Assembly: GCA_963783375.1 (NCBI GenBank)
Contig: CAWANH010000028.1
Coordinates: forward strand, 864,001-928,000
Source of the DNA: Candidatus Eiseniibacteriota bacterium
Lineage (GTDB): Bacteria; Eisenbacteria; RBG-16-71-46; JABDJR01
DNA length: 64,000 nt
Direction: 5' to 3'
Shown here: positions 21,201 through 30,309 of the stretch, piece after piece
Layout: each line of letters starts with the position of its first letter
Numbering within the stretch: position 1 is the stretch's first letter
Program-made: the position numbers and the translations under genes
The notes under the pieces: generated by a model
What the model was told of the DNA's origin: nothing
Databases searched by the model: none
The model's input: the letters and a program-made list of their open reading frames with translations, nothing else

Positions 21201-21314
21201 TCAGGGGCGGATCGCGCATGCCGCCCGGGCGAACTCATCCCCGCGCTCCGTCTCCCCCCCGCCGGGCTCGCCCACCGGGCCGCGCGATGTAGGCTTCTGT
21301 CACTCCGGTGACCC

Positions 21315-21410
21315 GAAATCCGAGTCCGAGGCTCGGCCCGCAATCCCGGACCGAATCCCGAGTCCGAAACCTGATCCGAATCCGAATCCCGCGAGACCCG
21401 AACCCAACCG
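21315..21410. repeat. Degenerate hexamer (ATCCGA-like) repeat tract
   Basis: aatccgagtccgag...aatcccggaccgaatcccgagtccgaaacctgatccgaatccgaatccc. Confidence 0.5.
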
Positions 21411-21428
21411 AGAGGAGTCCCCATACCG

Positions 21429-22217
21429 GTGCGCGCTTCGATCCCCCACTTTCCGGTCCTGCCGCTTTCGTCTCCGTGCTTCTGGCCGCCCTGCTGTTGG
21501 GCGCCATGCCCCGTGCCGCCCAGGCCCAGATCCTGAACACCCTCCGGGGGTTCAAGGAGAACGAGCCGGGGTGGAGCGGGATCATGGACGCTTCCTTCAG
21601 CGCCACCGGCGGAAACACCGAGGTTCTCTCCCTCGCCGGGAGCGGCCAGGTTCAGTACCGGGTCGCCCGGGAACGGTTCCGACTTCATCGCCAGCGGCGC
21701 CCGGAAGACATCCCGCGGCGCGGCCATCGAGGAGCAGAGCGCGGCTCACCTGCGCCACAACCACCGGGTGAGTTCCTGGTTGAGCTCGGTGGCCTTCGTC
21801 CAGCACCAACGAAACCCGTTCCAGCGGCTCGAGACCCGGTTTCTCTTCGGGCTCGGCGCCCGGTTCGACGTGATCCGGGAAACGTCCTGGCGGCTGTCTC
21901 TCGGCGCCACCCCCATGCTCGAGCTCGAGAAGATCAAGAATCAGTCCGGGACCGACGCCGACTCCCGCATCTCCACCTTCGCGGTGATCGACGGCCGGCT
22001 GAACGACCTGGTGACCCTTCAGCTGACCGGCTTCGTCCAGCCCCGCATCTCCGACTTCGGCGATCTGCGAGCCATGACCACCGGCGGGGTCCGGGTGAAG
22101 CTCGGAGGGGCGCTCTCGCTCACCGTGGCCTCGGACGTGGAGATCGACACCCGGCCGCCGGCCCGGGTGAAGAAGACCGACTGGGAAGTGACCACCGGAC
22201 TGGGGATTTCGCTCTAG
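21429..22217 (+). CDS. DUF481-like outer-membrane beta-barrel protein, frameshift near 21682, start uncertain
   Basis: Signal peptide 'LLAALLLGAMPRAAQAQILN'; 'SFSATGGNTE', 'AHLRHN', 'FVQHQRNPFQRLETRFLFGLGARF', terminal 'TTGLGISL'. Confidence 0.7.
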
Positions 22218-22314
22218 CCCGCCCTGGCGGTCAGGTGCCCGTCGCCGCAGCGGCTTCATGAATAGGTGGGGCCGGCCCCGGTGTCGCCCGCCCCCCGGCG
22301 GACTCCGCCCCCCC

Positions 22315-22348
22315 AAAAAAAGCGGCGGACGCCGATGTGGCGTCCGCC
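22315..22348 (-). terminator. Rho-independent terminator downstream of DUF4382-like gene
   Basis: Perfect 10-bp stem GGCGGACGCC/GGCGTCCGCC (22324-22348), 5-nt loop, A7 at 22315-22321 (U-tract on minus strand). Confidence 0.8.
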
Positions 22349-22409
22349 TCGGGGAAAACGGGGGATGTCCGTTTGACCCCGTCAACTCCAGTGTCGTCTC
22401 GATCGGGGG

Positions 22410-23282
22410 CTAACCCTTGTGGCCGTTGCCCCCTCCATTGCCCCCGCCGTTCCCGTGCTGGGCCCCGTTGTTCCCGCCGTCGTCATGCCCGAATTGGGAG
22501 TCATGGTCGTGGTCGTGGGAACCCCACGCCCCGTGGAGCACCGGCTTGATCTTGAAGTTCCCGCTTCCGGGAGGCGCCTCCACCACCGACTTGTCCAGAT
22601 CGAACACGATCACGATGTCGGTCACCTGACCGTCGGACACGGTGAAGGGGAAGATGACCTTGAGCATGTCGTTGTTTCCGGGAACGTCCGCCCTGATCGA
22701 GTCTCCGGCCTGGGTGACCACCCACCCGTCGGCCACATGGAGGGCCAGGTGGCTGTAATCGCCCTGGGGAAGCTCGAGGGTCCCCAGGAACTCGGAGAGC
22801 GTGGTGTCGAGGCCGGCCAGGTTGACCGTGACCGGGTCGGTGAGGACCTCGACGGCGCCGCAGTCGGCGTGGGTGCTGTCGTCCCCGCCCCCGGTCGAGT
22901 CATGGTCGTCGTGGAGAAAGCTCAACCCGTTCCACCGTTTGGCGGCGGACGTGGAGTCCTCCTCCTCACCGGTGGTGTCGTCGTCCGCGCTGTCCTCGCA
23001 AGCCGGGTAGACCCGGATGGAATCGAAGGTGATCCAGACCGCCGAGATGGGGGTGCGGTCGGAACCGAGTGGGTGGACGCCCATCGTGGCCGCGGCGTTC
23101 ACCGAGCCCACCGTGTTCAGGGAAACCGCGAGAAGTCCCATCCCCGAACCGGCGGGGGGAGGGGAGAACACGTTCCCCGGAGCGGCGGGGTTCGAACTCG
23201 AGCCGCAGCCGACCAGGCCGGCCCCGACCGCGAGAGTTAATGCGCTGGCAATCAATAGCTTACCAAGAAATCCCGATTTCAC
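22410..23282 (-). CDS. DUF4382-like lipoprotein with His/Asp/Gly/Asn-rich tail
   Basis: GTG start after GGAGGG; lipobox 'LVGC'; 'VWITFDSIRV', 'LPQGDYSHLAL.V', 'IVIVFDLDKSVV...G...KIKPVL'. Confidence 0.75.
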   Translation of the reverse strand: MKSGFLGKLLIASALTLAVGAGLVGCGSSSNPAAPGNVFSPPPAGSGMGLLAVSLNTVGSVNAAATMGVHPLGSDRTPISAVWITFDSIRVYPACEDSADDDTTGEEEDSTSAAKRWNGLSFLHDDHDSTGGGDDSTHADCGAVEVLTDPVTVNLAGLDTTLSEFLGTLELPQGDYSHLALHVADGWVVTQAGDSIRADVPGNNDMLKVIFPFTVSDGQVTDIVIVFDLDKSVVEAPPGSGNFKIKPVLHGAWGSHDHDHDSQFGHDDGGNNGAQHGNGGGNGGGNGHKG

Positions 23283-23381
23283 GAATGCACCCTCCTTGTA
23301 TCCAGGGGCGTGCAAAGCCAACCGATCCGCATCGCGTTCGTCAGCTTCGATATGGGGACGGCCCGGACGGTCTCAGGCTTG

Positions 23382-23407
23382 GACGGTATCGTCACCCAGA
23401 GGTTACA
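23382..23407 (-). promoter_or_regulatory. ECF-type promoter TGTAAC-N16-CGTC (drives DUF4382-like lipoprotein)
   Basis: Minus strand TGTAACCTCTGGGTGACGATACCGTCCAAG. Confidence 0.75.
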
Positions 23408-23581
23408 CCACAACCTGCCCCGGCGTTCCAAGTCCTTGAAAATGGTACAATTCACCCATCGGTGGAACCCTCCCCGAACCTCCGCGGTTCCAGTTCAGGG
23501 AACCGCGACCGGCGGGACCGCCCGTCCGGCCGACCTATGTCCCCGGGGATTTCCGCTTTAGCCCCGCCCGCGCGTCGCACC

Positions 23582-23607
23582 TGTAACCACGGGATCATCG
23601 AGCCGTC
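23582..23607 (+). promoter_or_regulatory. ECF-type promoter TGTAAC-N16-CGTC (autoregulatory, upstream of ECF sigma operon)
   Basis: TGTAACCACGGGATCATCGAGCCGTCAAAG. Confidence 0.75.
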
Positions 23608-23695
23608 AAAGAAGACGAAGACAGACGGCTCTGGACCAGATCGTCCCCCCGGTCTAAGCGAGCGAGCATCGTTCGAACCGCGATCCGGGGGGGAC

Positions 23696-24340
23696 GTGAG
23701 CGAGCAAGGCCGTCCATTGACGGAGCATGATCAGGGGCGACGGAAGCCGAGAGGCATCGCCCCGCTTGAGATCGATGAAGAGCGAGATCTGCTGGAGCGG
23801 ACCCGGCGGGGCGACACGGCTGCCTACACCCGCCTGGTTCGCCTGCATCAGGATCTCATCTTCGGCCTGGTCTCCCGGATGGTGCGGGACGCGCATCTCG
23901 CGGAGGAAGTGACCCAGGACGCCTTTCTCAAGGCCTACCGGGCGCTCGACACCTTCCGCGGGGATGCCCGGTTCGCCACGTGGCTCTACCGGATTGCGGT
24001 GAACCTGTGCCGGGACCATAGCGGGAACCCGACTTCGAGGCTCCGCCGGATGGAGACCAGCCTGGAGGGGGCCGGGGCGATGGGAGTGGACCCTCCCGCC
24101 CCGCACCCCCGGCCCGACGAGGCTCTGGAGGCCGGGCAGGTGGCCGATGGGTTCCAGGCCGAGCTGGACGCTCTCGACCCGATCTATCGCGAGGCTTTCC
24201 TGCTCCGGCATCAGGAAGGCCTGGGTTACGAGGAAATCGCCGGGATCCTCGAGATCTCGGTGAGCAACGCCAAGGTGCGGGTGCATAGGGCCCGGGAGTC
24301 CATTCTGGGCGCGCTCCGGCGCCGAGGTTTCGAGGTCTAG
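23696..24340 (+). CDS. ECF RNA polymerase sigma factor (sigma-70 family, RpoE/SigW-like)
   Basis: 'GD.AAY..LV..HQ', 'AEEVTQDAFLKAYRAL..FRG.ARFATWLYRIAVN' region 2; 'YEEIA.IL.IS..N.KVR.HRAR' region 4; start uncertain. Confidence 0.92.
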   Translation: MSEQGRPLTEHDQGRRKPRGIAPLEIDEERDLLERTRRGDTAAYTRLVRLHQDLIFGLVSRMVRDAHLAEEVTQDAFLKAYRALDTFRGDARFATWLYRIAVNLCRDHSGNPTSRLRRMETSLEGAGAMGVDPPAPHPRPDEALEAGQVADGFQAELDALDPIYREAFLLRHQEGLGYEEIAGILEISVSNAKVRVHRARESILGALRRRGFEV

Positions 24341-24372
24341 GCCCCCTCGGGGGGCGGGACATCGCAGACATC

Positions 24373-25122
24373 ATGAACGACGAATTCGAAAGCGACCGGG
24401 TGAATCCCCGGTTTCATGAGTACCTGGATGGGGAGCCGCCTCCGTCGAACCCTGCTGCCTTCGAGGGGGACCTGCGGACCGGGAAGCTCCTGCGGAACCA
24501 GTTGAACACCATGTGCCGCATCGAGGCCTGGTTCCGGTCTACCCGCTCGCGGGCCCCATCCTCTCTGGCCCGGGCCGTGGAACGCGCCTTGGAGGTCGAG
24601 CGCGCCGTCCCGGCCCGGGCCAGATCCTCTTCCCGGCTCCGGTTGCTTCCATCGCTTCCGGGCCAGGGGTGGCTCCGGTGGGCCTGGGTGCCCGCCGCCG
24701 TTGCCGCCCTGATCGTGGTGCTGGTTGCCATCCCCCAGGATCGCGCAAAGAACCGCTCCGGCGACACCCGGTCGCCGGAGCGCGCGATCTTCTCCCAGCC
24801 CACCTCCGGCGGCGATCTGGCCGCCGGCCTGGACGGGAACGAAAAGCCTCCGAACGCCTCCTCCGGTGCGGTATCCTATAGGTTCGTCATACGGGCTCAG
24901 GATGCCTCTCAAGTCTGCCTTGCCGGGGACTTCAACCAATGGAGGGTGTGTGAGGCGCCGATGCGGCGCGTCGGGGAGGACCTCTGGTCTCTGTCCGTGA
25001 ATCTCCAGCCGGGTCGCTACGAGTACATGTTCGTGGTGGACGGCCGATGGGTGACCGATCCCAACGCCATCGCCCACGCCGACGATGGTTTCGGGAATCG
25101 GAACGCCGTGCTGCTCCTCTAG
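24373..25122 (+). CDS. Putative anti-sigma factor with C-terminal CBM48/AMPK-beta glycogen-binding (E-set) domain
   Basis: Cytoplasmic 'FHEYLDGE' anti-sigma-like start, single TM 'WVPAAVAALIVVLVAIP', then 'ASQVCLAGDFNQW...W...L.PGRYEYMFVVDG.WVTDP...DDGFGNRNAVL'. Confidence 0.8.
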   Translation: MNDEFESDRVNPRFHEYLDGEPPPSNPAAFEGDLRTGKLLRNQLNTMCRIEAWFRSTRSRAPSSLARAVERALEVERAVPARARSSSRLRLLPSLPGQGWLRWAWVPAAVAALIVVLVAIPQDRAKNRSGDTRSPERAIFSQPTSGGDLAAGLDGNEKPPNASSGAVSYRFVIRAQDASQVCLAGDFNQWRVCEAPMRRVGEDLWSLSVNLQPGRYEYMFVVDGRWVTDPNAIAHADDGFGNRNAVLLL

Positions 25123-26471
25123 TCCCCGCCGGGCTCGTTTTCCTCGCCCTGGCCGTTTCGGGACTCCTGTCCGCCGGTCCCGCCGCCGCCGCTCCCGAAA
25201 CCCGCCTGAGCCTCGACCTTGCCGCCGGCCACGACGACCAGGTCCTGGCCAGCCAGGACCTCGGCGTGATCTCGCCGGTATCCGAGGGCTACTTCACCGG
25301 GACGAGCCGGCTGTTCCTTCGATGGGCCTCCGCCCGAAGCTCCCGGCGCCTGGATCTGACCGCCCGGGCCTCGGGAACGAGCTACGGCTCCAAGGTGAGC
25401 GGCAACGACTCGGATCTTCGTCTGGCCGCCCGTTATCGGCAGGGCCTGGGTTCGAGACTGGCGCTGGACACCGCCGTCGCCGGTTGGCGATATCGCCGTG
25501 AAGAGTCGGCCGTCTTCGATCTCGATCTCCTTCGAGGAGAGACCCGGTTGGGATGGACCCCCGGGCCGGGCTGGCTCGTCAGCCTAGGCGCCCGCTACAA
25601 CCACAGCGCGTATCCGCACCGATATCTTCCCGCCGACTCAACCCGGCATGAGGTGCAGCGGCCCTTCGACGTCGTTTTCGGGGTGGTGCGCGGCGTCGGC
25701 CGGACCGGGTACCTGAGCGCGGAGGCGAGCTACCGGTCCGCCTCCTCCAATGCCCCCCGCTCCCGCTACCTGGGGCCGATCTTCGTCCTCCGGTCGGGGA
25801 CGCAGATCTTCCTGCGGATCTCCCTTTCCGGCTACGTCGTTTACGGGAACCGGGACTACCGGGATTCGGGGGTGCTCCTCGCGGTCGGCGGTACGGCCGG
25901 GGACTCCGTGGGCACCCGTCGGGACGAGGCCTGGCAATTCGGCCTGGCCATGGAACGGCCGGTGGCGAATCGGGTGCGGCTTTTCCTGGATGGGAACTAC
26001 CTGATCCAGGACTCCAACGCCTCGTTCGCCGACTTCAACCAGGCCCAGGTCTCGATCGGGATCTCGGTGGATCTGGTGACGATCGGGAGAGCCAGGGACA
26101 GGGAGCTGCCGGAATCGGTCAGCTCACCCACCGCTCCGCTCATCTCCGGAGACCGGGCCCGTTTCCGGGTCCTCGCTCCCGGAGCGCAATCGGTCTCGGT
26201 GGTGGGGGGGTTCAACGGGTGGGATCCCGAGCGGAACCCGCTTTCGGGCCCGGACCGGGACGGGCTATGGGAGACGTCCCTGACCCTCCACCCGGGGATC
26301 TGGCGGTACGCCTTCGTGATTGACGGCGTCTGGACGGTCCCGCCGGATGCCCCTCGCTACGAGGCCGATGGCTTCGGAGGCCAAAACGGGGTGATCGACG
26401 TCACCGGGGGCGGGTCCGACGCGCCTGTAACCGGGGACGACTCCACCCGTCCAAGGCAGCAAAGACGGTGA
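25047..26471 (+). CDS. Predicted outer-membrane beta-barrel protein with C-terminal CBM48/AMPK-beta glycogen-binding domain
   Basis: Signal peptide; ~300 aa of amphipathic beta-strands ending 'AQVSIGISVDL'; then 'AQSVSVVGGFNGW...WET.L.L.PG.WRYAFVIDG.W..PPDA..YE.DGFGGQNGVI'. Confidence 0.75.
   Translation: MGDRSQRHRPRRRWFRESERRAAPLVPAGLVFLALAVSGLLSAGPAAAAPETRLSLDLAAGHDDQVLASQDLGVISPVSEGYFTGTSRLFLRWASARSSRRLDLTARASGTSYGSKVSGNDSDLRLAARYRQGLGSRLALDTAVAGWRYRREESAVFDLDLLRGETRLGWTPGPGWLVSLGARYNHSAYPHRYLPADSTRHEVQRPFDVVFGVVRGVGRTGYLSAEASYRSASSNAPRSRYLGPIFVLRSGTQIFLRISLSGYVVYGNRDYRDSGVLLAVGGTAGDSVGTRRDEAWQFGLAMERPVANRVRLFLDGNYLIQDSNASFADFNQAQVSIGISVDLVTIGRARDRELPESVSSPTAPLISGDRARFRVLAPGAQSVSVVGGFNGWDPERNPLSGPDRDGLWETSLTLHPGIWRYAFVIDGVWTVPPDAPRYEADGFGGQNGVIDVTGGGSDAPVTGDDSTRPRQQRR
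26426..26451 (+). promoter_or_regulatory. ECF-type promoter TGTAAC-N16-CGTC (upstream of exported protein 26573)
   Basis: TGTAACCGGGGACGACTCCACCCGTCCAAG. Confidence 0.75.
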
Positions 26472-26572
26472 CATGAAAGGAGTTGGCCGAACCCGGCGCA
26501 GTGCGCTAACCTTTAGCTGCCGTTGGTGTTGGCGCCGCCGGGCTATGTGCTGGCTCTGAAGGGAATACCGCC

Positions 26573-27595
26573 ATGAACCTGAAGAGGTCCTCTTTCTCCA
26601 TGAATGGCCGAAGGCTGGTCGGCTTGGCCGCGACCGCTTTGCTGGTTCTCGGATCGGCTCCGGCCCTGGCCGGGGACGGCGCCCCGGGCGGCGCGCCGTC
26701 CGGGGCGGCCCATGATCTGGCGCTCAGCCGAGCCCTGGCTCTCCATGCCGCCTCCCCCGAGGCCCCGACCTTGAACGCCGCGGTCAAGGATGCGCTCGAC
26801 GCCGGGGTTGGGCCCGACCTTCTGGCCGAGGTCCTGACCCGCTCCGCCGAAGAGGCGCTTCCCGACTCCGACCTGCTCCTCATCGTGGATCATGCCACCC
26901 GGCTTGCCCGTCGGGATCTCCCGGCGGGGCCGGTGGTCAGCCGCTACCTTCAGGGATTGTCCAAGGGGGTGCCATTTCCCCGCATCCAGGCGGTGACCGA
27001 TGAACTGGACACCCGCCTGGCCACGGCGGCCCGACGGGTCGACGCCTCCCTACCCACCCCCACCGACGCGGCGCTGCGCCGGGCCCGCCTTGCCGCCATC
27101 GACTACGGAGCCTACGCCTTGAGCGTCGGCGTCTCGGAGGCTGCCTTCGACCACTCCCTGGGACTGGTGGCCGATGAACCGCGCCCCCTGGAGGCGCTGC
27201 AATCCCCGCTTCTCACCATGGGCGTTCTGGTCTCCTCCGGGGTGGCTTCGGCCAAGTCGATGGAAGTGGTGGACATGGCCTGGAAGCGCGGCTTCCGCGG
27301 TGAGAACCTGGAGCGGCTGGGGAAGGCAGTGGGTCGCCTCAGCCGGGAGGAGGGCTCTTCCTCCAATTTCATGGGTCGGATACTGGCCATGATCGACGAT
27401 TCCTCCCAGGAGCGGGTATTCCAGGGGCTCGATGAATTGATCGGCCGTACCGAAGGGGGGCGCGGCAACACCACCATCGGCCCCGGCGAGGACCCCGGAA
27501 ACCGCCGGGTCCCGGGAGACCGGCCCATCAATCCCGGCCCCGGGAAGCACGAGGGCCAGCAGGACCAGCCCAGAGACGGGAGCGGAACCAACTGA
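26573..27595 (+). CDS. Exported alpha-helical hypothetical protein
   Basis: Signal peptide 'LVGLAATALLVLGSAPALA'; 'YLQGLSKGVPFPRI' motif; G/P-rich disordered tail. Confidence 0.7.
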   Translation: MNLKRSSFSMNGRRLVGLAATALLVLGSAPALAGDGAPGGAPSGAAHDLALSRALALHAASPEAPTLNAAVKDALDAGVGPDLLAEVLTRSAEEALPDSDLLLIVDHATRLARRDLPAGPVVSRYLQGLSKGVPFPRIQAVTDELDTRLATAARRVDASLPTPTDAALRRARLAAIDYGAYALSVGVSEAAFDHSLGLVADEPRPLEALQSPLLTMGVLVSSGVASAKSMEVVDMAWKRGFRGENLERLGKAVGRLSREEGSSSNFMGRILAMIDDSSQERVFQGLDELIGRTEGGRGNTTIGPGEDPGNRRVPGDRPINPGPGKHEGQQDQPRDGSGTN

Positions 27596-27787
27596 TTTGG
27601 GCCGGGATCGCCCGGCTGCCTCGCACGCCATCCCCCCCGGGCGGCCCGTTGATGGGGCCGCCCGATCCTTTTCCGGACCAGCTGAACCCGCTCCGGCACC
27701 GGCCGTCCCCTTGCGGTATGATGCAGATCAGCCGCCTTTCCGGTAGTCCCCGGGGATGAGGGCACCGGGGGCAGGGAGGTAGGGTCG

Positions 27788-28171
27788 TTGCCCACCATTC
27801 TCCTGGTCGAGGATGATCCAGCTGTTCGGAAGATGCTCGAAGTCCTGGTGCGGAGCGCGGGCTACGACGTTCTGATCGCGGCCCGCGGGGACGAGGCGCT
27901 GCGGATCCTGGACCGGGTTTCGCCGGAGATTCCCCCCCCGGTCGATGCCCTGGTCACCGACGTCATCATGCCCGGGGATCTCGACGGCGCCGAACTCGCC
28001 CGCCGCTTCAGGGAACGTTTCCCCGGTCTCGGGGTGGTTTGCACCTCGGGTTTCGTGCGCGATGCTCTCAGCGACACCTCCGAGCTTCCCGAGGGAGCGA
28101 TCTTCCTCCAGAAGCCCTTTTCGGCGGAAGATCTCCTGGATGCCCTGATCCGGGTGATTCCCCATGGCTGA
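27788..28171 (+). CDS. Single-domain response regulator receiver
   Basis: 'ILLVEDD', 'LVTDVIMPG', 'TSG', 'FLQKPF'. Confidence 0.85.
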   Translation: MPTILLVEDDPAVRKMLEVLVRSAGYDVLIAARGDEALRILDRVSPEIPPPVDALVTDVIMPGDLDGAELARRFRERFPGLGVVCTSGFVRDALSDTSELPEGAIFLQKPFSAEDLLDALIRVIPHG

Positions 28172-28378
28172 CGGGGTCGAGCGCGCCCGACTCTCCGGCA
28201 GCCGGAAAGGGGGGTCCAAGAACCCGAGGCGGTTCTGGTACACTGAGTGGCCGTTTCCCCCGCTGGCGGTCTTTCCGCATCCCGCAACGGTCGACCGGGG
28301 GTATCGCTACGAGACGCGAGCGCGCCGGCCGGGCCGCGTCGCCGCGCCCATTCGTGACCCAGGAGGAAATCAGAGCCG

Positions 28379-29599
28379 ATGGCCCTAGACGTGATGCTCG
28401 CCCGCGCCCAGTTCCCGGCGCTCTCGAGTGAATGGATCTTCATGGATAACGCCGGCGGGACCCAGGTTCCGCTCCAGGTGGCCGACGCCATGCGCGACTA
28501 CCTGCTTCACACCAACGTGCAGTTGGGGGCGAGCTACGAGGTTTCGAAGAAATCGGGGGAGGCGGTGTGGAATGCTCGCCGGCTGATGGCGGACATGATC
28601 GGAGCCGTGCCCGACGAGATCATCTTCGGGGCCAACACCAGCCAGCTCCTCCGCATGCTGGCCATGGTCCTCTCCACCCGCTGGGAGCCCGAGGACGAGG
28701 TCATCATCTCCCAGGCCGAGCACGAGGCCAACGCCGGCTGCTGGGAGTACCTCGAGCAGTTCGGCATCGTGGTCAAGACCTGGGAGATCGACAAGGAAAG
28801 CTACACCTTCGAGATCGACCGGCTCACCGACCTCCTGTCCGAGCGCACCCGGCTGATCGCCGTTCACCACTCCAGCAACATCCTCGGCAACGTGATGCCG
28901 ATTCGGGACGTGGTGAAGCTGGCCAAGGGCTCGGGAGCGATGGTCGTGGTGGACGGGGTGGGCTACGTCCCGCACCGGGCGGTGGACGTGAGAGACCTGG
29001 ATGTGGACTTCTACGTCTTCTCCAACTACAAGGTTTTCGGCCCCCACATGGGGGTCCTCTATGGCAAGGCCGAGCGGCTGAAGCAGATGCCCCGCTGGAA
29101 CCACTTCTTCATCGGCGAGGACGAGGTTCCGGGGAAGTTCGAGCTGGGGTCGGGCCAGTACGAGGGCGCGGCCAGCCTCCTGGGTCTCGAGAAGTACTTC
29201 CGGGCCCTGGGAAAGGCGTTCACCGCCCCCATCAAGAGCGTGTTCGGCGACGTCTACGAGGACATCCAGGCTCACGAGGGCCGGCTGACCCGCGATCTCC
29301 TGACCTTCCTCAACAAGCACCCCCGGGTCCACGTGGTGGGCGAGTCCGATCCCCGGCGCCTCGAGGATCGCCTCCCCATCGTCTCCTTCGTGGTCGATGA
29401 AGCCGACCCCGAGGAACTGGTACTCGAGGTGGACAAGGCCAAGGTCGGGATCCGCTGGGGTCACTTCTACGCGGTCCGCCTCCTCGACGCTCTGGACCTT
29501 CTCCAGTACAAGGGAGTGGTGCGGGTGAGTCTCGCCCACTACAACACCGAGAACGAGTTGGCGCGGCTCAAGGACGTGCTGGGGCCGCTGATCTCGTAG
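28379..29599 (+). CDS. Cysteine desulfurase-like PLP protein (aminotransferase class V)
   Basis: 'FMDNAGGTQVP', 'HEAN', 'VVDGV.YVPH', 'FSNYKVFGPH'; 'GHFYA' in place of the SufS 'GHHCA' motif. Confidence 0.88.
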   Translation: MALDVMLARAQFPALSSEWIFMDNAGGTQVPLQVADAMRDYLLHTNVQLGASYEVSKKSGEAVWNARRLMADMIGAVPDEIIFGANTSQLLRMLAMVLSTRWEPEDEVIISQAEHEANAGCWEYLEQFGIVVKTWEIDKESYTFEIDRLTDLLSERTRLIAVHHSSNILGNVMPIRDVVKLAKGSGAMVVVDGVGYVPHRAVDVRDLDVDFYVFSNYKVFGPHMGVLYGKAERLKQMPRWNHFFIGEDEVPGKFELGSGQYEGAASLLGLEKYFRALGKAFTAPIKSVFGDVYEDIQAHEGRLTRDLLTFLNKHPRVHVVGESDPRRLEDRLPIVSFVVDEADPEELVLEVDKAKVGIRWGHFYAVRLLDALDLLQYKGVVRVSLAHYNTENELARLKDVLGPLIS

Positions 29600-29605
29600 T
29601 CGGGT

Positions 29606-30115
29606 TCAGCGCGTATCGGGTTTCGCGCTTCCCGTCTCCTCGAGGAAATCCGTCAGCGACCGGGTCTTCGCCCGCCGCGCCTCGCGGATGAACGCCGCGT
29701 AGCTTCCGGGAAAGTCCCCCGGGCGAAGCCGGAACCGCGGCTGCCCCAGGGCGTGGGGCCGGGGGGCGAGTTCGGGGGGGAGATGGGCCAGAACCTCCTC
29801 GCGCGCCTCCGCCCGGCTCGGGAGCCCCACTTCCAGGGTGAGCGAGTCCTCCTCGCCGGGGAGCGGCCGGTAGAGCGATGCGTAGTTCTTCGAGGTCCGC
29901 CACCGCCGGAGATGGACCGGGAGACTGAACACGGCCACCCGGTCGGTCACCCCTTCCCAGTCCTGGGTGTGGCACCGGCCGTCCAGCCCCCACAGGAAGC
30001 GGCAGACTTCCCGTCCCAGCCCGGCAAGTTCCCGGGACGACGTCGCGAAAAAGCCTTCCAGCACGACTTCATTGAATTTGCTGAGGGCAAAAACCTGTTC
30101 GCTTTCCATGGACAT
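29606..30115 (-). CDS. Hypothetical protein
   Basis: GGAG RBS before ATG 30115; protein-like composition; no recognised motif. Confidence 0.55.
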   Translation of the reverse strand: MSMESEQVFALSKFNEVVLEGFFATSSRELAGLGREVCRFLWGLDGRCHTQDWEGVTDRVAVFSLPVHLRRWRTSKNYASLYRPLPGEEDSLTLEVGLPSRAEAREEVLAHLPPELAPRPHALGQPRFRLRPGDFPGSYAAFIREARRAKTRSLTDFLEETGSAKPDTR

Positions 30116-30309
30116 GGCCGGTTCTCCCGGGTAGAGTTCGGGGCGCGTCCCCAGACGCGAAAACCATCCGGATTTGTCGCTCTTGGCCGCCGAACCCCTC
30201 CGGCGCCGAGGCCTCGGTCCCGCTGCAAGGCGCGGCGGAACCCGCCGGACGCACGCTACCAGAATTGTTCCCATAGGACAACGCAGGCCGCTGTAGCCGA
30301 GGAATTTCC

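Noticed and set aside
21315-21410. Repeat tract as possible CRISPR array
   Set aside because: Degenerate hexamers, no 25-40 nt repeats with unique spacers, no cas genes
28379-29599. sufS/iscS assignment
   Set aside because: The catalytic Cys motif is replaced (GHFYA) and there are no suf/isc neighbours
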